Positions 56,232 through 64,000 of a stretch of 64,000 nt of DNA are shown here, piece by piece. The DNA is from a candidate division WOR-3 bacterium (GTDB taxonomy: Bacteria > Hydrothermota > Tepidihabitantia > Tepidihabitantales > Tepidihabitantaceae): assembly GCA_965649225.1 (NCBI GenBank), contig CBFGJX010000009.1, positions 1 through 64,000 on the forward strand, written 5' to 3'. The position numbers and the translations under genes were made by a program. The notes beneath the pieces are model-generated. The model searched no databases, was not told the origin of the DNA, and saw nothing but the letters and a program-made list of their open reading frames with translations. Position 1 is the stretch's first letter. The number at the start of each line of letters is the position of its first letter.

Positions 56232-58070
56232 ATGATGCTATTTTCCGTAACCCTCGCGCTCGTCGCCGGCCTGTTCGTGCCGCCCGGTGCAAATTTCACC
56301 CTCTGCCGTACCACCGCAGCCGGCGTAGGTCACTGTGAACTCGACCCCCTGCGCACACTCGATGACTCGACGGTACCGCTGGGCGGCGAGTGGGGCATCA
56401 CCGTCAACATGGGCAATGTCGACAGCGACCCCGAACCCGAAATCTGCCTGCGTGTCGCCAAGCTCGCGGGGTCGTCCTACATCTCCCGGCTGGTGATGCT
56501 CGATGATGACCTGTCCACTCTCTGGACAAGAGAAATCGGCGACCTGGGCAATGTCGAGGTCGCGGGCGTGACTCTTGCCGACCTCGACAACGATGGCCGC
56601 GATGAGGTGCTCTTTCCCCTATCCGACGTCTACTTCAACGCCTATCCGCAGTACAAGGCCCGCATCTACGCGCTGGACGGCCGCACCGGCCAGGACCGGC
56701 TCGGCTGGCCCTACATCCTGCCCGGCTGGCCCGAGGACCCGTACCTGAAGCCCTATGCCGAACTGGTGGTCGCCGACCTCGACGGCGACGGCACGCCCGA
56801 GGTGCTCTGCGAGGTGACCGACAACAACTCCAACCGCAAGTGCGGCAGCGCGCTGTACTGCTTCAGCGCCTCGGGCGACTCGCTCTGGAAGTACTGGTTC
56901 TACCAGGACACGCTCGACCGCCACGGCCAGTGGACCAAGCCCGCGGTCGCCGACCTCGACCGCGACGGCCGCCTGGAGATCATCTGCCACGAAGCCAAGT
57001 TCAACGGCCGCAGCCCGTGGAACCTGCTCGAGCGCCGGCTCTTCATCCTGAACCATGACGGCACCCTGCGCCGGTCTGTGCGCACCGAGGGCCCGGGCAG
57101 CTCTTTCACGCCCGACTACGCGCCGCCGGTCGTGGCCGACCTGAACCAGGACGGCAACTGGGAAATCGTCATCCTGCGCCGGCCCGGTTACCTCGAGGTC
57201 ATTGACACGACCTTGAACCGTCTGCCCGGCTGGCCCGCCGACCTCACCGCCGATGCCGGTTATGAAAGCTATCTTTACACCCGTTGCTTCTCGGCCCCGG
57301 CGGTTGCCGACCTCGACGGTGACGGCGACCTGGAAATTGTTGTCGGCAGCTTCGGGCTGGTGGGATCGAATGCCGACTGGGGCGGCCACATCCACGCCTT
57401 CCATCACGACGGCCGCGCCCTCTCCGGCTTCCCGTACGAAACGCGCAACGGCGTGTGGTACTCGCCCGCGCTGGCCGACATCGACGGCCGGCCCGGCCTT
57501 GAGGTACTCACCGCGGCCTGCGACTCCGCGTTCTATGTCGTCACCAACACCGGCGAGAGCCTGCCCGGCTGGCCGCACCGCGGCTTCCCGACCTACTGGC
57601 TGCCCGATGAAGGCACCCACTCCTTCATCGAAGGCAGAATACCGATGTCCAAGACTCCGCATCTGGCTGACCTCGACGGCGACAACCTCATCGAGATGCT
57701 GATGACCGGCACCGACGGCCTGATGTACGCGCTCAACACCGCCGGGCCGTTCGTGCCGTCGGGAATGCCCCTCGCCACCTTCCACTACGACAAACAGCGC
57801 ACCGGCTGGTACCGCCGCACCCCGACCGCTGTAGCCGGGGAAAACGCGACGCCTAGTGCCGCCCGCATCGCATCGGCCACGATGGTCGTCCGCAACACGC
57901 TCACGCTGCCTCCAGCCGGCAATTCTAACTCCAGCTTCGTCCTGCTCGACGCCGCGGGCCGGCGCGTCCTTGACCTCACGCCCGGGCCCAACGACGTCTC
58001 GCGCCTCGCGCCCGGCGTCTACCTCGTGCGCGGCAGCGACGCTTCGCTGTCCAAGGTCATCGTCTACTGA
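56232..58070 (+). CDS. FG-GAP/VCBS repeat protein with T9SS CTD
   Basis: About 7 AD(L/I)DxDGxxE(I/V) Ca-binding repeats; AAGGAGG SD. Confidence 0.88.
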   Translation: MMLFSVTLALVAGLFVPPGANFTLCRTTAAGVGHCELDPLRTLDDSTVPLGGEWGITVNMGNVDSDPEPEICLRVAKLAGSSYISRLVMLDDDLSTLWTREIGDLGNVEVAGVTLADLDNDGRDEVLFPLSDVYFNAYPQYKARIYALDGRTGQDRLGWPYILPGWPEDPYLKPYAELVVADLDGDGTPEVLCEVTDNNSNRKCGSALYCFSASGDSLWKYWFYQDTLDRHGQWTKPAVADLDRDGRLEIICHEAKFNGRSPWNLLERRLFILNHDGTLRRSVRTEGPGSSFTPDYAPPVVADLNQDGNWEIVILRRPGYLEVIDTTLNRLPGWPADLTADAGYESYLYTRCFSAPAVADLDGDGDLEIVVGSFGLVGSNADWGGHIHAFHHDGRALSGFPYETRNGVWYSPALADIDGRPGLEVLTAACDSAFYVVTNTGESLPGWPHRGFPTYWLPDEGTHSFIEGRIPMSKTPHLADLDGDNLIEMLMTGTDGLMYALNTAGPFVPSGMPLATFHYDKQRTGWYRRTPTAVAGENATPSAARIASATMVVRNTLTLPPAGNSNSSFVLLDAAGRRVLDLTPGPNDVSRLAPGVYLVRGSDASLSKVIVY

Positions 58071-59441
58071 AAGAGAAACTGAATTGACAACCTGTCTCTG
58101 CCTGCTGCTGGCCGGCCTGCTGCCGGCAACCCCGGCTGTTTCGCCGCGGGGCAACATCGAGTCGTGCGTCGCGCCCGGCCAGTCCGGCGCGCCCGGCGCC
58201 GCTCCGCCCGGCTGGTTTGACACCCTGCTCACCGTGCCCGACGACAAGGAGTCGCGCGACCCGGTTTCTGCCTTTGATTCCCGCGGCCGGCTCCACATCG
58301 CGTGGAAGGACAACCGCCGCCTCCGGGGCTCGGACGAGATTCACTACCTGATGAAGGACTCGACCGGCTGGCGCGACTTCCAGTGCGTCAGCAATCTCGA
58401 CACCTCGCACAACTCGCCGGCACTGGTCGTGGACAGGCAGGATAACGTCCATGTCTTCTTCCTGCGCTGGTCCGGCCAGCCCTATGGCTTCGACCTCGGC
58501 TACCGCCGCCGCGACGGCGCGACCGGTGAGTGGGGCCCCGAAGAACGGCTCACCGACCGCGACTCGCTGCCCACCTCGGCCCGGCCGCACGCCGTGGTCG
58601 TTGCCGACACCGTGTTCGTCTTCTGGCGCATCGCCAACGTCTCGCCCCAGCTCTTCGGCTACATCTACAACAACGGCGGCGGCTGGAGCGACTACAAGGT
58701 GATCTCGACCGGCGCAGAGGTCTACCGCGGCAACATCGCGGTGCGCGCCTCGCGCGACGGCTGGATTCACGTCGTCTGGGAGGACAACCGCGTCGACACG
58801 TCCCAGCTCTGGCACCGCTACCACGACGGCGACTCCTGGTCCGCGCCCTACCGCACGACCTTCGAGGGCCACAACGCGGTCCAGCCCGGCCTCGCCTTCG
58901 ATTCGCTCGGCAACCTCCACGTTGTCTTCGCTGGCGGCCCGAGCGCGGTCGACCGGCTCCATCATCGCATCTGGGACCGCGCAACGCGCACCTGGGGCGA
59001 GCCCACCCGCTGGTACTCGTGGAACGGCGCGCCCGACCCGCGGATCGGCGTCAACCTCCGCACCGGCGAGCGCCACCTGACCCACGTCGGCGCCGAGGGC
59101 AGCCTGTACGGTCTTTATTACCGCCGGTTCGACCCGGTTCGCGGCGTTTGGACCGATTCCACCCAGCTGACATCAAACGGCGCGTTCACCGGGCCGGCGC
59201 TCCCGCTTGTCGACTCTGACGGCCGAGTTCACCTCGTGTTCTGGGGCAACGGCTACGGCACGCAGGAAGAGATAATCTACATGACCAACCGCCTGCCGAC
59301 CGGAGTGCAGGAACGTGGTGCGCCCGGCGCAGGACGCATCGCATCGGCCACGATGGTCGTCCGCAACACGCTTGCGCTGCCTCCAGCCGGCAATCCGAAC
59401 TCCAGCTTCGTCCTGCTCGACGCCGCCGGCCGGAGCGTCCT
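57864..59441 (+). repeat. Near-identical CTD-coding segments at 57864-57970 and 59335-59441
   Basis: 101/107 nt identical, ungapped. Confidence 0.92.
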
Positions 59442-59553
59442 CTCGCTCGCACCCGGGCCTAACGACATCTCGCACCTCGCGCCCGGTGTCTATTTCACTC
59501 GCGGCCTCTCGGACCGGCCCTCAACGGCTGCACGTGTCATCATTGCCCGCTGA
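58084..59553 (+). CDS. Secreted beta-propeller (BNR-like) with T9SS CTD
   Basis: Repeats 'D..G.(L/V)H(I/V)xW' and 'W..P.R.T'; TTG start uncertain. Confidence 0.75.
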   Translation: MTTCLCLLLAGLLPATPAVSPRGNIESCVAPGQSGAPGAAPPGWFDTLLTVPDDKESRDPVSAFDSRGRLHIAWKDNRRLRGSDEIHYLMKDSTGWRDFQCVSNLDTSHNSPALVVDRQDNVHVFFLRWSGQPYGFDLGYRRRDGATGEWGPEERLTDRDSLPTSARPHAVVVADTVFVFWRIANVSPQLFGYIYNNGGGWSDYKVISTGAEVYRGNIAVRASRDGWIHVVWEDNRVDTSQLWHRYHDGDSWSAPYRTTFEGHNAVQPGLAFDSLGNLHVVFAGGPSAVDRLHHRIWDRATRTWGEPTRWYSWNGAPDPRIGVNLRTGERHLTHVGAEGSLYGLYYRRFDPVRGVWTDSTQLTSNGAFTGPALPLVDSDGRVHLVFWGNGYGTQEEIIYMTNRLPTGVQERGAPGAGRIASATMVVRNTLALPPAGNPNSSFVLLDAAGRSVLSLAPGPNDISHLAPGVYFTRGLSDRPSTAARVIIAR

Positions 59554-59613
59554 TTCCCGGACGCCGGCAACTATCGGCGCGGTGTGTTCCGCGACCGGCC
59601 GGCAGGCACACCT

Positions 59614-60303
59614 ATGACGCCAGCCTGTCCGGTCTGCAACGACCCGAAGCCGGATCAGTTTGCCGTCATCGCCGAGCGAAGCTACTGGCGCTGCGTCCGC
59701 TGCGGTGCGACCTTTCTCGACCCCGCCCTGCTGCCCGACCCGGCAACCGAAAGCGCCCGCTACCGCCTGCACCACAACGACCCGAACGACCCGGGCTGGC
59801 GCGCCTTTCTCAACCGCCTCACCGCACCGCTGCTCTCCCGGCTCGGGCCGGCGACAAAAGTCGGGCTGGATTTTGGCTGTGGTCGCTGCTCGGTGCTGGC
59901 CGTACCGCTCGCGGCGGCCGGCCACTGGGTCTGGCTGTACGACCCGCTGTTCTTCCCCGACACCGATGTCCTCAACCAGACCTACGACTACATCATCTGC
60001 ACCGAGGTTGCCGAACATTTTCATCGCCCGGCCGAAGAATTCCGGCGCCTCGACCGGCTGCTGCGTCCGGGCGGCTGGCTGGCACTGACGACCCGGCTGC
60101 TGGGCGACGACTGCTCCTTCGCCGACTGGAGCTATCGCCGCGACCCGACCCATGTCGTCTTCTACCGTCCCGAGACTTTCGGCTTCATCTGCCGCAAGCT
60201 GGGCTGGCGTCTCGACGAAATCATCCCGCCCGACATGATATTCATTCAAAAACCGCCGGCGGCTGCAGTTGACCCGGCCGCTGACCACAAGGAGTCGACT
60301 TGA
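59614..60303 (+). CDS. Class I SAM methyltransferase with N-terminal Zn-binding domain
   Basis: CPVC..CVRC, GLDFGCG, YDP.F, CTEVAEHF, Y.RDPTHV.FY. Confidence 0.88.
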   Translation: MTPACPVCNDPKPDQFAVIAERSYWRCVRCGATFLDPALLPDPATESARYRLHHNDPNDPGWRAFLNRLTAPLLSRLGPATKVGLDFGCGRCSVLAVPLAAAGHWVWLYDPLFFPDTDVLNQTYDYIICTEVAEHFHRPAEEFRRLDRLLRPGGWLALTTRLLGDDCSFADWSYRRDPTHVVFYRPETFGFICRKLGWRLDEIIPPDMIFIQKPPAAAVDPAADHKEST

Positions 60304-63059
60304 AACAACTCTGGGCTGCTCTGTTCTGTTCCGCACTTGCCACTGCCGCACCGGCAGTACTGATTGCGCCCTCTTCACCCCAGACCCGCGCCTGGCTGAT
60401 GTCTTCGGCGCTGCCGGTCTACTGGGCCGACGACGCGCTTGTCGTGGCCGACGACGCTCATCTTCCAGCCTTTGCCGGCCGCGGCATCGCCGCGCTGCCG
60501 GCAAGCCCGGCCGCACCGCTCTACCTTGTCATTCCGCAGCGGCCCGGCGCGCTCGACCGCGCCCGCGCCATCGCGCCCGCGCTCTGGTCTGACAGCGCGG
60601 CACTGCTCGTCGCGGCCGATGACAGCGCGGCCCACCGCATCACGCTTGCCGGATGCCAGCTTGTGCGCCTGCCCGACCGCCCGGCGCCGCTCTATGCCCC
60701 GGCCGCTCACGGCTTCCCGGCGCCGCTGCTGGACACCACAATCCAGCGCCTTGTGGCTCGGGTCAGCGCCGACTCGGTCCGGCGCCACATCCAGCGCCTG
60801 CAGGACTTTCGCACCCGCTACTCGCCGGCCGACTCCTGCCGCTCGGCCGAGTCCTGGATCGCCGGTTACTTCACCGCGCTCGGGTTCGACTCGGTCGCGC
60901 TTGACTCATTTCAGCGCAACGGCCAGTACTGGCGCAACGCGGTCGGCCTGCGCCGCGGCCGCAATCCCGAGAAAGTCGTCATCGTCTGCGGCCACCTCGA
61001 CTGCACCTCCGAGGACCCCTACAACAGCGCGCCCGGCGCCGAGGACAACGCTTCCGGCACCGCGATGGTGCTCGAGGCGGCGCGCGTGCTTGCCGACCTG
61101 CGGCCCGACCTCTCCATCCGCTTCATCGGCTTCTCGGGCGAGGAGCAGGGCCTCATCGGCTCGTTCCACTACGCCGAGCAGGCCCGCGCGCGCGGCGACG
61201 ACATCATCGCGGTGATGAACTACGACATGATCGCCTATCCGGGCGGCGAGTTCGGGGTCGCCATCTTCGGCGACTCGCTCTCCCTGCCGCTCGGTCAGTT
61301 TCAGTCGCGCATCGCCGACATCTACACGAGGCTGGACAGCCGCGCCCTCATCGGCCGCTACGGCTCGGACCAGCTCGCGTTCCACCGCTACGGCTACATC
61401 GGCACGGCCGGCGCCGAGTACGGCGACTTTTACCCGTGGTACCACACCACCGCCGACACCATCGGCAACATCTCGATGGAGCTTGCCGCCGAGGTGGCGA
61501 AAATGACCATTGCCGCGGCGGCCACCATCGCCCTTGCCCCGGCCCCGCCCGACAGCTTCCGGTTCGCCGACCTGGGCACTGGCGGCGCGCTGTTTGCCTC
61601 GTGGCGGCCGAACCGCGAACCCGATGTAGCCGGCTACCGGCTCTGGTGGGGCACTCAGAGCGGCAGTTACACCGACTCGGTTGACCTGCCCTGCGTCCCG
61701 TTCCGCCGCATCGAGGGCCTCACGAACGGCACGCGCTACTACGCCGCGGTTGCGGCCTTTGACTCGGCCGGGCACTTGGGCGGTCGTTCGGCCGAGCAGA
61801 GCGCGATTCCCGGCGAAGTGCCGCTAGCGCCCGAGGGTTTCGCGGCCTGGCCCGCGCGCGGCGGGATGAAGCTCTCCTGGCGCGCCAATACCGAGCTCGA
61901 CCTTGCCGGTTACAACCTCTACCGTGCGACCGTTTCGGGTGGCCCCTATGACCGGCTCAACACCGCCCCCGTGACCGACACGACATTCCGCGATTCCGGC
62001 CTCGCGTCCGGCATCGCCTACTACTATGTCTGCGCCGCGGTCGACACCACCGGCAACGAAGGCCCGCGCTCGCCCGAACGCTCGGGCAAGGCGATAACTC
62101 TCGACCGCGGCATCCTGCTCGTTGACGAGACCCGCAACGGCACCGGCGCGCGCGGCTCGCCCTCAGACGAACAGCAGGACGCCTTCTGGCACTTCCTGCT
62201 CGGCTGGTTCAACTTCACCGACTGGGACGCCACCGACCTCGGCGTGCCCGCTCCCGGCGACCTCGGCCCCTACTCGACCGTGGTCTGGCACGCCGACGAG
62301 TACCAGCAGCAGCTTGCCGCCGACGCCGTGCCCGGCCTGGCCAATTACCTCTCCGAAGGCGGCCGGCTGTTTTACTCCGGCTGGAAGCCAATCCTGGGCA
62401 TCCTCGGCTCGGGCAACTACCCGTTCACCTTCAGCCCGGGCAGTTTCCCCTATGACCAGCTCGGCCTCGCCGTGGCACGCCAGTCAACCGCGCTCGACTT
62501 CATCGGCGCGACCGGCACGCTCGGCTATCCCGACCTGAGGATTGATTCGCTCAAGACTTTCCCCGCGGCCGCGGGCCGGCTCTCGTTCATTGACGCGCTC
62601 TATCCGCGCGACGCCGAACCGGTCGCCGCCTTCGTCTCGCAATCGGGCGACACCTTTGCCGGCAAGCCGGTCGCGGTGCGCCGGCTCGCCGGCCCGGGCA
62701 AGGTCGTGTTCCTCGGCTTCCCGCTCTACTACTGCGAAAACGAACCCGCGCGCGCCTTCGCGGTCAAGGCGCTGTCCGACCTCGGTGAGCCCTACGCACT
62801 CACCGAACCCGGCCCGCCGGCCGCCGCCGCCACCCCGCTTTCCGCCAGCCACGTCCGGGCCATCCTGAAACTGCCTGCTGACATCGCACCTCACCCTCCC
62901 CATCTGCTCATTGACGCCACCGGCCGCCGCGTGCTGGAACTCAAACCCGGCACTAACGACATCTCCAACCTTGCCCCGGGCGTTTACTTCATTCGACAGG
63001 CACAGCCCGATCGACAGACAGTTTCCCGACCGGCGGTACGGGTTATCATAACCCGGTAG
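60300..63059 (+). CDS. M28 peptidase + FN3 + T9SS CTD (paralog of 21345-24071)
   Basis: GHLD, PGAEDNASG, FSGEEQG, NYDM, WYHT; colinear with 21345-24071. Confidence 0.9.
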   Translation: MKQLWAALFCSALATAAPAVLIAPSSPQTRAWLMSSALPVYWADDALVVADDAHLPAFAGRGIAALPASPAAPLYLVIPQRPGALDRARAIAPALWSDSAALLVAADDSAAHRITLAGCQLVRLPDRPAPLYAPAAHGFPAPLLDTTIQRLVARVSADSVRRHIQRLQDFRTRYSPADSCRSAESWIAGYFTALGFDSVALDSFQRNGQYWRNAVGLRRGRNPEKVVIVCGHLDCTSEDPYNSAPGAEDNASGTAMVLEAARVLADLRPDLSIRFIGFSGEEQGLIGSFHYAEQARARGDDIIAVMNYDMIAYPGGEFGVAIFGDSLSLPLGQFQSRIADIYTRLDSRALIGRYGSDQLAFHRYGYIGTAGAEYGDFYPWYHTTADTIGNISMELAAEVAKMTIAAAATIALAPAPPDSFRFADLGTGGALFASWRPNREPDVAGYRLWWGTQSGSYTDSVDLPCVPFRRIEGLTNGTRYYAAVAAFDSAGHLGGRSAEQSAIPGEVPLAPEGFAAWPARGGMKLSWRANTELDLAGYNLYRATVSGGPYDRLNTAPVTDTTFRDSGLASGIAYYYVCAAVDTTGNEGPRSPERSGKAITLDRGILLVDETRNGTGARGSPSDEQQDAFWHFLLGWFNFTDWDATDLGVPAPGDLGPYSTVVWHADEYQQQLAADAVPGLANYLSEGGRLFYSGWKPILGILGSGNYPFTFSPGSFPYDQLGLAVARQSTALDFIGATGTLGYPDLRIDSLKTFPAAAGRLSFIDALYPRDAEPVAAFVSQSGDTFAGKPVAVRRLAGPGKVVFLGFPLYYCENEPARAFAVKALSDLGEPYALTEPGPPAAAATPLSASHVRAILKLPADIAPHPPHLLIDATGRRVLELKPGTNDISNLAPGVYFIRQAQPDRQTVSRPAVRVIITR

Positions 63060-63074
63060 CAGGTCCGACGACCG

Positions 63075-63107
63075 GGCGGCGGCGGACACCCCGCCGCCGC
63101 CGCTTTT
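63075..63107 (+). terminator. Intrinsic terminator
   Basis: 11-bp stem GGCGGCGGCGG/CCGCCGCCGCC followed by GCTTTT. Confidence 0.75.
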
Positions 63108-63151
63108 CGCATCCCGATGGTGCTCTGCCGGTCTAACCGGCAGGAGGAAAT

Positions 63152-63646
63152 ATGACCGGCAACATGATTGCAATTGGCAAGAAAGCGCCGAACTTCTGCC
63201 TGCCCGACAAGGACGAGAAAAAAGTCTGCCTGAAAGACTTTCTCGGCCGGTGGGCCGTGGTCTATTTTTACCCGCACGACAACACGCCCGGCTGCACGAC
63301 CGAGGCCTGCGCGTTCTCCGAGCGCCTGGCCGACTTCGAAGGCCTCGCCGCCGCGGTCATCGGCATCAGCACCGACTCGCCCGCGTCGCACCGCAGGTTC
63401 GCCGGCAAGCACAACCTGACCATCACCCTGCTCTCCGACCCGGACCACAAGGTTATCGAGGCGTACGGCGCGTGGCAGCCCAAAAAGCTCCTGGGCAAAG
63501 AATTCCTCGGCACGGTGCGCTCGACCTTCCTCATTGACCCGCAAGGCAGAGTCGCCCACGTCTGGCCGCGCGCGAAAATCTGGGGCCACGCCGACGAGGT
63601 CAAGGCAAAGCTCGCCGAACTGCAGAACCGGCCCTCCGCCGGCTGA
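63152..63646 (+). CDS. bcp: Peroxiredoxin Bcp/PrxQ
   Basis: YFYP.DNTPGCTTEAC, LLSDPD, RSTFLID; AGGAGG SD. Confidence 0.93.
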   Translation: MTGNMIAIGKKAPNFCLPDKDEKKVCLKDFLGRWAVVYFYPHDNTPGCTTEACAFSERLADFEGLAAAVIGISTDSPASHRRFAGKHNLTITLLSDPDHKVIEAYGAWQPKKLLGKEFLGTVRSTFLIDPQGRVAHVWPRAKIWGHADEVKAKLAELQNRPSAG

Positions 63647-63701
63647 ATCTCCCGCAGGCTGTCGCTGTCTAACCGCTTGCTGTGTAATCACGGAGGAAGC
63701 C

Positions 63702-64000
63702 ATGAAGATCTTGTTACTGCTTGTACTAGTAATGTCGGCGTCGGCTTGGGCCCAGTCCTGGACCGTGCAGAACAGCGGTACCGCCAACGCGCTGGATGGC
63801 GTCTGGTTCATCGACAATCTGCGCGGTTTTGCTGTCGGCGATGCCGGCACCTCGCTGAAGACAACTGACGGCGGCTCGACCTGGTCGTCCTTCAATCTGA
63901 CTAACGAGGACCTGCAGGATGTCGCATTCCGCGATGCCCGGGTCGGGCTCATCGTCGGCGACAACGGCCGCATCTTCCGCACCGCCGACGGCGGCGCCAA
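63702..64000 (+). CDS. Secreted YCF48/BNR-repeat protein (5' part only)
   Basis: GGAGG SD; MKILLLLVLVMSASAWAQSWTVQNSGT...GFAVGDAGT.LKTTDGGSTW. Confidence 0.85.
   Translation, partial: MKILLLLVLVMSASAWAQSWTVQNSGTANALDGVWFIDNLRGFAVGDAGTSLKTTDGGSTWSSFNLTNEDLQDVAFRDARVGLIVGDNGRIFRTADGGA

Overview
GC-rich bacterial window. The gene content (many secreted proteins with a T9SS/FlgD-type C-terminal tail, Kelch-like 'KGGNTQEFWAY' repeats, archaeal-type PheRS) suggests an uncultured WOR-3/FCB-like organism; this is inference. About 48 CDS are supported. Housekeeping and other core genes: archaeal/eukaryote-type pheS-pheT, eukaryote-like UDP-sugar pyrophosphorylase, class V aminotransferase, RRM protein, YgiQ radical SAM, Bcp, MATE, two ArsC, Na/Pi symporter, alkaline phosphatase. 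About 14 secreted CTD-bearing hydrolases or propellers occupy roughly 28 kb. There is one complete IS3 element that truncates an McrC-like gene. No rRNA, tRNA, CRISPR array, integrase or reverse transcriptase was seen. Most notable structure: two integrase-free accessory blocks (about 5.8 kb and 9.6 kb), each bounded by a duplicated, stranded 3' end of the flanking gene, plus near-identical CTD-coding DNA on unrelated neighbouring genes. Together these suggest homology-anchored gene capture, with the secretion tail acting as a recombination module. Also notable: many apparently leaderless promoters, a probable CTG start for ygiQ, a Zn-ribbon insertion in PheT and several structured non-coding leaders. 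All identities were counted by hand.
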